In this document: piece by piece, positions 8,699 to 17,591 of the stretch
How the letters are laid out: each line of letters begins with the position of its first letter
Numbering within the stretch: position 1 is the first letter of the stretch
Source of the DNA: Planctomycetota bacterium
Lineage (GTDB): Bacteria; Planctomycetota; UBA1135
NCBI GenBank assembly: GCA_030749235.1
Contig: JASMKM010000013.1
Location: 41,717-105,716 of the forward strand
Reading direction: 5' to 3'
DNA length: 64,000 bases
Made by a program: the position numbers and the translations under genes
Notes under the pieces: generated by a model
Seen by the model: the letters and a program-made list of their open reading frames with translations, nothing else
Told to the model about the DNA's origin: nothing
Databases searched by the model: none

Positions 8699-9741
8699 AT
8701 GAAGCGGATCGGTGTGGCGTTGATGGCTGCCGCCCCTTTGTGGGCGGCGTGCAGCGATTCGGAGGTCGACTGGGACAGCATCACGGCGCTGGAAGGCGCA
8801 AACGGCGCGCAAGCGGCACTCGAGTGGAGGAACGGCCTCGACTTCACGAGCGAGCTGCAATATCCAATCACGGTGCATTGGGATATTGACATCCAACTGA
8901 AGGACATTCCTCAACCCCTGGGGCCAGCGAAGGATGGCTTCATCGTGGCTTCGCTCGATACCACCTTGTTCGGAAAGAATGAATTCCGCACGCGTTGTTC
9001 AATCGAGATGGCGGCATGGGGGCGCGATGAATTCATCATTGTGCACCTGGATTCCAATCATGAGGAGCTGCGCATTAGTCATCGTGGCATCGACTCCATC
9101 GGTCCAATCGAGGTGCCGACGGGAATGGTCATCTCCGCCGACCGCCTACAGCTGGCCACCGACTTCTTGCTACGCCTGGTCAGCAATGCACCGGGTTTTC
9201 TTGCCGAGGAACTGAAGGTGGTCTCCGATTTCGATGGAATCTCCGACATCTTCCATCCTGACAATATCGCGCGCTTGCTTGGCCCTACGACCTTGCAGCA
9301 AGGCTGCACCTGGAGGCAGTCCGATGAGCGCACCCAAGTGACCTTCGCACCCTTGATGGCCTTGGCCAGTTCCGAGGCTACGGAGGTCATGCCGTCGGAC
9401 TTTTCCTTGTCCGGATTCGACCAACTCTTCGACCTCGAGATCACGATGGAATTCGATCGCGTAAGCGGCGCCTTCATGGCATGGATTCTGCCTTCCATTA
9501 CGTTTTCGATGACTTGTCTGCCAACACCAAGGAGCAGCCTTCGATGATGGTGACCTTGCATTGTGAGCCGCGCGGCACCGAGGTCCGAGCGTTGAAGTTC
9601 CGGGAGAACGAGGAGGTCTTGGATCTTAACGAGGATTTTGATGAGATGTGGCCGTTGATTGTCGCCATGGAGCCAGCCATCCTCGAGGCCTATCGCAAGG
9701 TCGCCGATGATGCGGCGCAGTCGGAAGACTTTTCCTTCTGA
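8699..9741 (+). pseudogene. Lipoprotein P5 of the paralog array, interrupted by a 1-nt frameshift near 9480 (tail ...AAQSEDFSF in the second frame)
   Basis: ORF 8699-9547 (lipobox LWAAC) and ORF 9481-9741 together are collinear with P4. Restoring one nt in TTCATGGC^ATGGAT gives FDRVSGAFMAMDSAFHYVFDDL, matching P4 FDVQDGKMTNMTVLASLSFKDDF. Confidence 0.6.
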
Positions 9742-9742
9742 A

Positions 9743-10843
9743 TCAGGACTTGCCTAATTCGGGCTCAATAGCCGCCCACACGCGTTCGGCCACCGAACGC
9801 CACGAGAACTGCTGCGAACGTGCGCGCCCCAGTGCCGCCAACTCCTGGCGCAATGGGCCGTCTTCCACCAGGCGGAACAGTTGCTTGGCGATCGATTCGT
9901 CGTCAGCGGGATCACAGTACAGGGCGGCGTCGCCACAGACCTCGGGCAACGAGGTGGTGTTGCTGGATATCACCGGACAACCGAGCAGCATGGCCTCTCC
10001 AGGTGGCAGGCCCCAACCCTCGTAGAAGGAGGGGAACACGAAACCGAGCGCATGTTCATAGAGCGCGCGCAGTTCGCCGTCGGAGACACGCCCGACATGG
10101 ATGGCATTCTCGGACAAGCTATCGACGCCATCGGCCTCGAAGACCTTCGGGTTGGTGCCGCCGGCGATGACCAGTGGTACCTTGACGTCGGCAATCTTCA
10201 TGGCGCGCAGGATGGCGGCGAAGTTCTTGTTCGGATTCAAGCTGCTGACCGCCAGCAGGAAGCCGCCATGCTCGAGACCGTGCTTATCGATGATGCTGGT
10301 GTCGGCGTCGCAACGCAGCACATGCTCATGGCCTTCCAACAGCACATGCGTCCGTGAGCGCGGGATCTCGAAGTACTTCTCGATCTCGGCGGCGGTGTTC
10401 TCGCTTACTGCGGTCAACACCTTCGCGCGTTTGGCCGCACGCGGCATGATCCAGCGGTAGACCAGGTTGAAGATGCCGGTGTGGGTTTCCGGTCGCGCGA
10501 AGACCTGCAGGTCATGGATCATGACCATCATGTCGCGGTGGCCGACCGGCGCGGTGTTCTTCAGGTTCAGCAGGAAACCCTTAGCGAGGCGAGGCAGTTC
10601 GAACTGCTCCCAGAAGTGCGAACGCATCATGCCCTTCACGCGCAGTTGCAAATGGCGATACTCCGGCATCTTTGCGGGATGCGTGGGGCTCAATAGGATG
10701 AACTCGTAACGTTTGTGATCGATACTGCCATCCTCGATCATGGCGTCGAGCTCGCGCAGGAGCTCACGACCCCAGCGCTGGACGCCGGTGAGCGGTTCGT
10801 CGAGGAACCGCGCGTTGATGAAGATAGGGATCGGCTTGCTCAT
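9743..10843 (-). CDS. Glycosyltransferase family 1 (GT4-type, mannosyltransferase-like)
   Basis: 366-aa ORF with a GT-B C-terminal EX7E motif (EGWGLPPGE) and typical N-terminal FINARFL...TGVQRW. Confidence 0.85.
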   Translation of the reverse strand: MSKPIPIFINARFLDEPLTGVQRWGRELLRELDAMIEDGSIDHKRYEFILLSPTHPAKMPEYRHLQLRVKGMMRSHFWEQFELPRLAKGFLLNLKNTAPVGHRDMMVMIHDLQVFARPETHTGIFNLVYRWIMPRAAKRAKVLTAVSENTAAEIEKYFEIPRSRTHVLLEGHEHVLRCDADTSIIDKHGLEHGGFLLAVSSLNPNKNFAAILRAMKIADVKVPLVIAGGTNPKVFEADGVDSLSENAIHVGRVSDGELRALYEHALGFVFPSFYEGWGLPPGEAMLLGCPVISSNTTSLPEVCGDAALYCDPADDESIAKQLFRLVEDGPLRQELAALGRARSQQFSWRSVAERVWAAIEPELGKS

Positions 10844-10858
10844 GCGCGAAGGCCAGAC

Positions 10859-11587
10859 CTACTCGGGTGGTGCCGCGGCAAGGATGCGGTCCTGCATCTC
10901 ACGCACCGCTTGATCAAGTCCGATGTAGACGGCACGGCAGACGATGGCGTAACCGATGTTCAGTTCTTCGATCCACGGCAGTTGCGCTATCGGCAGCACG
11001 TTGTCGTAATCCAAGCCATGTCCGGCGTTGACGCGCAGTCCCATCTCATGCGCATAGTTCGCGGCGGTCTCCAATCGCTTCAGTTCGTTCTCCTTGTTGT
11101 TACCGCTGGCGTTGGCGTAAGCACCGGTATGCAACTCCACATAATCGGCGCCGCAGCGAGCCGAGTTCTCGATGGCGTCGGGCAGGGGATCGATGAACAG
11201 GCTCACTTCCACGCCAGCTTCGTGCAGGCGCTTGATGCCGGCCGGCAAGCAATCCATGTAGGCGCTGACATCCAAGCCACCCTCGGTGGTGAGTTCCTCG
11301 CGTTTCTCCGGAACGATGCAGACCTGTGCCGGCTGCAGTTCACAAGCAAGATCGATCATCGATTCGGTCCACGCCATTTCAAGGTTGAGCATGGTCTTCA
11401 CCGTCTGGCTCAACAGGCGCACATCACGTTCCTGAATGTGGCGCTGATCCTCGCGCAGGTGCACGGTGATGCCGTTGGCACCGGCGAGCTCACACAAGCC
11501 AGCGGCCATGACGGGATCCGGTTCCTGGGCTCGGCGGGCTTGCCGCACGGTGGCGACATGATCGATGTTCACGTGGAGTCGTGGCAT
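10859..11587 (-). CDS. pdxJ: Pyridoxine 5'-phosphate synthase
   Basis: N-terminus [15 protein letters not shown], plus [12 protein letters not shown] and GHGL motifs. The 242-aa length is typical of PdxJ. Confidence 0.95.
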   Translation of the reverse strand: MPRLHVNIDHVATVRQARRAQEPDPVMAAGLCELAGANGITVHLREDQRHIQERDVRLLSQTVKTMLNLEMAWTESMIDLACELQPAQVCIVPEKREELTTEGGLDVSAYMDCLPAGIKRLHEAGVEVSLFIDPLPDAIENSARCGADYVELHTGAYANASGNNKENELKRLETAANYAHEMGLRVNAGHGLDYDNVLPIAQLPWIEELNIGYAIVCRAVYIGLDQAVREMQDRILAAAPPE

Positions 11588-11610
11588 GGAGCGCGTATTC
11601 TACTTCAGCC

Positions 11611-12195
11611 ATGCTGCGCATCACTGCTGGAGAGTTTCGGGGCCGCCGCCTGAAGGTGCCCAAGGTCGCTGCTACGCGACCCCTGGTCGAGCGTGCCCGG
11701 GAAGGCATGTTCAACCATCTCGGTGACCTGGTCGAGAATGCGCTGGTCTGGGACGTCTATGCTGGCAGTGGCATCTTGGGCCTTGAGGCGCTTTCTCGCG
11801 GTGCGGCCAAGGTGATCGCCGTTGAGCGCCACCATCGTGCTGCCATGCAGTTGGAGGAGAACGCTCAGTTGCTGGCTTGCCAGGACCAGCTGCAATGCCT
11901 GCGCATCGATGCCTTCCGCCTGCCCACCCTGACCGATTCTCAGGCGGCTCCGGATCTGATTTTCTTCGACCCACCATACGATGACTTCCGCAGGGGCGGG
12001 CCTGAGAGAATCAAGGTCTGGAGCTTGTTTTTGGACTTGGCGCGGCGCCTCAATGTCGGCGGGTGTGCTGTGGCCCACACCCCACGCGGCATTCTCAGCG
12101 ACGAGGAGCTCAGTGATTTGCCGGGCATCGAGCGCCGTGATTACAGTAATACCTCTCTTTACTGGTGGCATAAGGCCGCCAGCACCGAATCATGA
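11611..12195 (+). CDS. rsmD: 16S rRNA (guanine966-N2)-methyltransferase RsmD-like
   Basis: MLRITAGEFRGRRL start, SAM motif YAGSGILGLEALSRGA, and DPPY motif. Start set at ATG 11611; the track start at GTG 11581 would overlap pdxJ. Confidence 0.85.
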   Translation: MLRITAGEFRGRRLKVPKVAATRPLVERAREGMFNHLGDLVENALVWDVYAGSGILGLEALSRGAAKVIAVERHHRAAMQLEENAQLLACQDQLQCLRIDAFRLPTLTDSQAAPDLIFFDPPYDDFRRGGPERIKVWSLFLDLARRLNVGGCAVAHTPRGILSDEELSDLPGIERRDYSNTSLYWWHKAASTES

Positions 12196-13340
12196 AGAAC
12201 GGAATCCGCGCCTCCCTCTGGAATGGCAAGGCCTTTGCGCCGGGTTGGATGACCTGGTCCCAAGGCACAATCGGTCAGTTGAAGTTCGGCGCGCCGCCCC
12301 GCAAACAGGCCGCCAATCTTCATGACCTCGGCACCTCCGAGGTCATACCTGGCTTCGTCGACACCTTGTTGCATGGTTTCGCCGGCGTTGATTGTGGCGA
12401 TGGCTCGGCGGCGGCCTTGGATCGCATGAGTCGTGCGCTTGCTGCCACCGGAGTGACCACTGCCTATGCCGGCATGTATCCGTTGAGTCTTGGCGATTAC
12501 CGCGCCGCAGCGAAGCGTTGGAAGCAATGGAGGTCCAAGCGTGGAACAGCACGTACGCGCTTCATCGGTTGGCATTCCGAAGGTCCGTTCATCGCGCGCG
12601 GCATGCGTGGCGCCTTGCCGGCCAAGGCAATCCTGAAGCCAAGTGCCGAAGCCGCCAAGGAGTTGGTGAATGCCTGCGATGGTTGGTTGAAGATCTGCAC
12701 CTTCGCACCGGAAGTGAAAGGCGCACTCGATGCCTGCGAAGTCTTCCGAAAGCATGGCGTGATGCCTTCGGTGGGCCATAGTGATGCCGGCTACCTGGAT
12801 TGCCAAGCTGCCGCTGCCACCGGCGAGTTGGCCATCACTCATATGGGCAACCGCATCCAGCCGTTGAGCGCACGGGAACCTGGGCCGATTGGCTATGCGA
12901 TGGCGGGCGGCATCCACTGGGCCGCAGTGATTCCCGACATGGTGCATGTAGCCCCGGAGGCTGTGCGCTTATGGGCACGCACGCCAGCCTTGCGCAAACG
13001 CCTGATGGCTTGCTCCGACAACCTGTCGCATGCCGGATTGCCAGCGGACTCGTTCACCTCGGGTGGTCAAAGGTTGCAACGCAGCGGTGCGGTCGCGATT
13101 GACAAGCAAGGCAGCTTAGCCGGCACTTTGGATTCGCTGCCGGAGTTGCTGTTGCGGATGTTGCGCGATGGCTACCTCACGCTGCAGCAGGTCATTCGTC
13201 TGGGCTGCGAAGTACCAGGAGCACTCGCCGGTGATTGCGGTCGCCTCGAAGTAGGTTTGCGACCCGATTTCGTTGTCCTAGAGAATCAAAAGCGCATCGG
13301 AGCGGTCTGGATTGGCGGCCGTAGGGTGGCTAGCAGCTGA
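12192..13340 (+). CDS. Amidohydrolase, N-acetylglucosamine-6-phosphate deacetylase (NagA)-like
   Basis: PGFVDTLLHGFAGVD, GWHSEGPFI and ITHMGN motifs are collinear with the NagA family. Confidence 0.7.
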   Translation: MKNGIRASLWNGKAFAPGWMTWSQGTIGQLKFGAPPRKQAANLHDLGTSEVIPGFVDTLLHGFAGVDCGDGSAAALDRMSRALAATGVTTAYAGMYPLSLGDYRAAAKRWKQWRSKRGTARTRFIGWHSEGPFIARGMRGALPAKAILKPSAEAAKELVNACDGWLKICTFAPEVKGALDACEVFRKHGVMPSVGHSDAGYLDCQAAAATGELAITHMGNRIQPLSAREPGPIGYAMAGGIHWAAVIPDMVHVAPEAVRLWARTPALRKRLMACSDNLSHAGLPADSFTSGGQRLQRSGAVAIDKQGSLAGTLDSLPELLLRMLRDGYLTLQQVIRLGCEVPGALAGDCGRLEVGLRPDFVVLENQKRIGAVWIGGRRVASS

Positions 13341-14020
13341 TGAGTTCTTCGAGCCCCATCGATAAGGAGCGCCGCAACATTGCGGAGCTGTTGCGGGATT
13401 GGCCGCCGACGGTGGTCGACGCCGTCATCGACGAGATGTTGCATCTGTGGCATGCGGAGCAGCTGCGCGAGAAAATAACTTGGCGCTGGAATGCGCGTCT
13501 ACGCACCACCATTGGTCGCGCTATGCTCGATGACATGGTCCTGGAACTGAATCCACTGTTGTTGGGGCGTAACCCCGAAGAGATGCGTGGCGTGGTCGTG
13601 CATGAGTTGGCGCATCTCGTCACCACCAGTCGTTACGGTTTCCGCGTGCCACCGCATGGCGACGAATGGAAGTCGTTGATGCGGGCCGCTGGGGAATCTA
13701 CCCGCGCCACCCACAACCTCGATGTGGAAGGTTTGCGTGCCAAGCCAAGTCGCCGTCGCCGCCGCCGGAAGGTCCGCGTATTTTCTTTCCTGATGCTCGG
13801 TCTATTCCTGCTGCCGATGTCTTGCGCCTTCCCTGGAAGCAAGTGCTGCGCTTGTCTGGATTACATTGAGCACTACCAGGAAGAGGAGGTCGCCGGAGTC
13901 TTGACCTTGCGCGCTCAGGTGGAGCCTGGGGAGCCTAGCGTCGACTTGTCCAGCGGACTGACTGGTTGGGGTGCTGAGGAAGCCGAAGCTCTCGTCGCCC
14001 AAATCCAAAATGCCGAGTAA
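13340..14020 (+). CDS. SprT-like zinc metalloprotease domain protein
   Basis: The HExxH motif in VVVHELAHLV follows a SprT-like N-terminal region (RWNARLRTTIGRA). Basic linker and hydrophobic segment after it. The start overlaps the nagA-like stop (TGATG). Confidence 0.7.
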   Translation: MSSSSPIDKERRNIAELLRDWPPTVVDAVIDEMLHLWHAEQLREKITWRWNARLRTTIGRAMLDDMVLELNPLLLGRNPEEMRGVVVHELAHLVTTSRYGFRVPPHGDEWKSLMRAAGESTRATHNLDVEGLRAKPSRRRRRRKVRVFSFLMLGLFLLPMSCAFPGSKCCACLDYIEHYQEEEVAGVLTLRAQVEPGEPSVDLSSGLTGWGAEEAEALVAQIQNAE

Positions 14021-14032
14021 GATACGGGGCTA

Positions 14033-15037
14033 ATGGAGTCGTCCAAGAGCCCTGTTGAACCGCATCTGTTCACCCGCCTCCTGAAGGAGAAGGTGTGGGG
14101 TGGTACGCAGCTTTCCGCCGCGCTCGGTCTCGACCTGCCCTTCGACGGACCGCTCGGCGAGACCTGGGAGCTGAGCGATTACCCTGGCGAGGAGACGCTG
14201 GTGCGTGGTGGTTCCATGGATGGCGTCAGCCTGCGCACCTTGATGGAGGACCATCAGGAGCAGATTCTCGGCCGCTCGCAACCGAGTGCCGACGGACGCT
14301 TCCCGTTGTTGGTGAAGTTCATCGACGCCGGCGATGACCTCAGCGTGCAGATCCATCCACCGGATGGTCCGAAGTCACCGACCGGGGTCGGCAAGACCGA
14401 AGCCTGGTACATCCTCGATCATGATCCCGGCGCGGTAGTGATCTGTGGCCTCAACGAAGGCACATCCAAAGAGGTCTTCGAGAACGAGGCGGGGAGTAAG
14501 CGCGTGCGCAATCATCTGGCCGAGGTCGAGGTGCAGCGCGGCGACTGTGTCTTCGTGCCTGCCGGTCAGACTCATGCAATCCGCACCGGCGTGGTGTTGT
14601 GTGAAGTGCAACAGACCTCCGATGTTACCTATCGCATGTACGACTGGGATCGCCTCGGCCTGGACGGCAAGCCACGCGAAACCCATCTGCAGCAGGCTCT
14701 CGAAGTGGTCGATTACGACTTGGGCGCGGCACAGCCGACACGCGCAGATTTTGAAAGCGGCGATGGCCTGCGCAGAAGCGACTTGGCCGAATGTGATTAC
14801 TTCCGCCTGCATGCCTTGAAGGTGGGTACGGAAGGTGGCGTGCTGAATACCGATGGTTTCGCACATACGTTGGCCGTGGTCGGCGGTGTCGGTCGCGTCG
14901 AATCCTGTGACAATAGCTTCAGCGCACGCGACTTGGTCTATGGCGATTCGGTGTTGTTGCCGGGCGCCCTCGATTGCGTGCGCCTGATCGGCGAAGGCGA
15001 CGAAGGCATGGAGATTCTGATGGGGGTGGCGCTGTAA
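14033..15037 (+). CDS. manA: Mannose-6-phosphate isomerase, class I
   Basis: KVWGG, ETWELSD, LSVQIHP, KTEAWYIL and VPAGQTHAI cupin motifs. Confidence 0.85.
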   Translation: MESSKSPVEPHLFTRLLKEKVWGGTQLSAALGLDLPFDGPLGETWELSDYPGEETLVRGGSMDGVSLRTLMEDHQEQILGRSQPSADGRFPLLVKFIDAGDDLSVQIHPPDGPKSPTGVGKTEAWYILDHDPGAVVICGLNEGTSKEVFENEAGSKRVRNHLAEVEVQRGDCVFVPAGQTHAIRTGVVLCEVQQTSDVTYRMYDWDRLGLDGKPRETHLQQALEVVDYDLGAAQPTRADFESGDGLRRSDLAECDYFRLHALKVGTEGGVLNTDGFAHTLAVVGGVGRVESCDNSFSARDLVYGDSVLLPGALDCVRLIGEGDEGMEILMGVAL

Positions 15038-16176
15038 TGGCGAAAGGATCGAAAAGGAAACGCGCGACCAAGAAGAAGGACCGCAACAAGCCGACGGCCG
15101 GCGCCGGGCGCGGTAAGCCGAAGGTCTCTAAGCGCGCCCGACGTGTCGCCCACGGTTTCGTGGCCGCAAGCGGAGCGCCAAGCAGCCCGGTCAAGGAAAG
15201 CGAGCAGCAGCAGTATGCAATCGACCGTTCGTCGACCGTTGGTGGCGTTCGTCTGAACCGTTGGCTTGCGGAACAAGGCGTGGACTCACGGCGCAAATGC
15301 GACCAGAAGGTGCTCGATGGCGAGGTCTCGGTCAACGGCGTCATTGTCATGGAGCCTGGCTACCGCGTGCAGGAGAATGACGACGTCATGGTCAACGGCG
15401 CAAGAATCCATCGTGCCCGCCGTCTCTACTACTTGTTCTACAAGCCTCGTGGAGTCTTGTGCACCAACGATCCGCGCGAGACTCGTACGCGTTTATGTGA
15501 CCTGGTCGATCCCATGGTGCCAAGTCGCGTCTATCCGATTGGTCGCCTCGACGAGGATTCGGAAGGCCTAATCCTGCTCACCAACGACGGCGACTTCTCG
15601 CAGTTGATTGCGCATCCCAGTCATGGCGTCAAGAAGACCTATGTCTGCATGATCTCCTCTTCGATGAGCGGCGAGGATCTCGATCGCTTGCGCAGTGGTG
15701 CCTGGCTTGAAGGCTCGAAGGTCATCCCGGACAACGCGCGCATCATCCGTCGTACCCCAAGTAGCACGCAACTCGAGATCACGATCAGTGAGGGGCGGAA
15801 CCGGGAAGTCCGACGCCTGCTCGCGCGCTTCGGCTTAGGTGTGAAGCGCTTGAAGCGTGTGCGCATCGGCTCCATCGGCCTAGCTGGAATCAAGCGCGGC
15901 ATGTTGCGACCGCTGTCTCGCGCCGAACGTGACGCATTAGTAAAGATGGCGCTGACTTCAGGCGATGAAGGTGGCACCACACCACCACGCACCCATCGTC
16001 CTCAGCAACGTCAGTTTGGTTCGCGTTCGGACCGTAAGGCGCGAGCCAAGGTCTCACGCGAGGAGGCCGCCTCCACGCGTCGAGGCAGCCGTCGCGGCCG
16101 TCCTTCCCGATCGCCGAAGTCACCCAGCTCCTCGAGGCCGTCGCGCCCAAACAAGTCTGTGAAGAGGGGTAAGTGA
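15037..16176 (+). CDS. rluB: Pseudouridine synthase RluB/RsuA family with S4 domain and basic tails
   Basis: S4 domain (RLNRWLAEQGVDSRRKCDQ), catalytic GRLDEDSEGLILLTNDG, and an Arg/Ser/Lys-rich C-terminal tail. Start at ATG 15037 (TAATG overlap with manA). Confidence 0.85.
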   Translation: MAKGSKRKRATKKKDRNKPTAGAGRGKPKVSKRARRVAHGFVAASGAPSSPVKESEQQQYAIDRSSTVGGVRLNRWLAEQGVDSRRKCDQKVLDGEVSVNGVIVMEPGYRVQENDDVMVNGARIHRARRLYYLFYKPRGVLCTNDPRETRTRLCDLVDPMVPSRVYPIGRLDEDSEGLILLTNDGDFSQLIAHPSHGVKKTYVCMISSSMSGEDLDRLRSGAWLEGSKVIPDNARIIRRTPSSTQLEITISEGRNREVRRLLARFGLGVKRLKRVRIGSIGLAGIKRGMLRPLSRAERDALVKMALTSGDEGGTTPPRTHRPQQRQFGSRSDRKARAKVSREEAASTRRGSRRGRPSRSPKSPSSSRPSRPNKSVKRGK

Positions 16177-17555
16177 TTATGTTGCGTTTCGAGGGCATCA
16201 TTCGCGATCCGGTCCACGGCGACATTCCACTAACCAGCGAGGAGCTGCAGGTTCTCGACACCGCCGAGATGCAGCGCCTGCGCAACGTGCGCCAACTCGG
16301 CGCCACGCACCTGATCTATCCCGGCGCGCAACACTCGCGCTTCGAACATTCAATCGGCACCGCCCACCTTGCCACACGTATGGCCGAGTCCGTCAACAAT
16401 GTGCGCGACTCGCAGAGCGACGGCCGCCTTGACGGTTACGACGCGCATGGACTGCGCATCATCCGTCTCGCCGCCTTGGTGCACGACGCCACTCATCTGC
16501 CTTTCGGCCATAACATCGAGGATCAGACCGGCCTGCTGCCGCGTCACGATACGCCAGCACGTTTCGAGAAGATGTTCTCGGAACAGACCGACCTTGGCCG
16601 AGCCTTGCGCAAGACCGGTGCCCATCACGACGTGCTCTCCATCTTGGCACCAGACCTGGTCTCCGACCATGCCAGCGCACCACCGCATTGGCGTGGCCTT
16701 GTCAGCGGCACCATCGATGCCGACATGCTCGACTATCTGGCACGCGATGCCATGTTCACCGGGCTCAAGTTGGAATACGATCCGCGCATCTTCAACGTCT
16801 TCCGTGTCCACCGTCGCAGCCAAGAACTGTTCGTCGACTTGGGGCGCAAGGGTTACCTGAAGGAAGCGGTCTTGAGTGAAGTGGTGCGCTGCCTGGAGGC
16901 GCGTTTCTACTTCTCCGAGCGGGTGTATTACCATCATGCCAAGGTTGCCGCCGGATCCTTGGTGGCCAAGGCGGTGGAAATCGTCCTGCTTGAGCAGGCG
17001 GTTACTTTTGAGCAACTCCAGTCCGCCACCGACTCCAGTCTTTTCGAGTTGCTGGCCGGCGCCGAGATCAAGGATGCGCGTCGCCGCGCGCTGCTTGACA
17101 CCTACCTTCTGGCTTGGAGTAGAAGAAAGCTGCCCAAACGTGCGGCAGTCTATCCGGTCTATGCCAACGCCTCCTTCCAGCAGGACCTGATCAATCGATT
17201 CTTCGGCGCAGGCTCCGCGGAGGAACGCCGCGCCACCGAGCGCCGTATGACGGAGAGTCTCGCCAAGCGTGTCGGGCGTGAGATTCCCATTATGCTTTAT
17301 TGCCCGTCGGGACAGATGCAGCTGAAACAAGCAAAAATGCTAGTACGTTGGCCTGGCGACTCGCATCTTACCCGCCTTTCGGACCACTCTTCGGAGATTC
17401 CCCGCCTTGCCGACCTGGAGAACTCTTACACGCGGATGTGGAAGTTTTATGTACATGCATTGACCAACGATTCCTCCGAGTTGGCGGCGGCCGGTGAAGT
17501 ATGCGCGGAGTACTTCCCTCAAGCGACCAATGTCTTGGATCGAGTCCGAATTTAA
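16173..17555 (+). CDS. HD-domain phosphohydrolase (dGTPase/SAMHD1-like superfamily)
   Basis: IRDPVHGDI, RFEHSIGTAHLA, LVHDATHLPFGH and DADMLDYLARD motifs. Confidence 0.8.
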   Translation: MIMLRFEGIIRDPVHGDIPLTSEELQVLDTAEMQRLRNVRQLGATHLIYPGAQHSRFEHSIGTAHLATRMAESVNNVRDSQSDGRLDGYDAHGLRIIRLAALVHDATHLPFGHNIEDQTGLLPRHDTPARFEKMFSEQTDLGRALRKTGAHHDVLSILAPDLVSDHASAPPHWRGLVSGTIDADMLDYLARDAMFTGLKLEYDPRIFNVFRVHRRSQELFVDLGRKGYLKEAVLSEVVRCLEARFYFSERVYYHHAKVAAGSLVAKAVEIVLLEQAVTFEQLQSATDSSLFELLAGAEIKDARRRALLDTYLLAWSRRKLPKRAAVYPVYANASFQQDLINRFFGAGSAEERRATERRMTESLAKRVGREIPIMLYCPSGQMQLKQAKMLVRWPGDSHLTRLSDHSSEIPRLADLENSYTRMWKFYVHALTNDSSELAAAGEVCAEYFPQATNVLDRVRI

Positions 17556-17591
17556 GTGTTACGCAAATCGCTAAGTCGTCTATCATGAGGG

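Noticed and set aside
4857-9741. C-terminal motifs of P1/P2/P4/P5 as sortase, exosortase, rhombosortase or T9SS sorting signals.
   Set aside because: Those signals consist of a motif followed by a TM helix and a basic tail, or of a folded CTD. Here the chain ends at the Phe, is strongly acidic and has no hydrophobic helix.
10715-11653. Long ORFs antisense to or out of frame with confident genes. Examples: 10715-11653 opposite pdxJ, 16350-17330 opposite the HD protein, 27020-27952 opposite groEL/groES, 57811-58905 opposite iaaA, 43841-44671 opposite the lyase, 32518-33447, 50078-50902, 55710-56606.
   Set aside because: These are typical shadow ORFs of a high-GC genome. Their products are Arg/Gly/Ala/Pro-rich with no motifs, and each is fully covered by a gene with strong family signatures on the other strand or frame.
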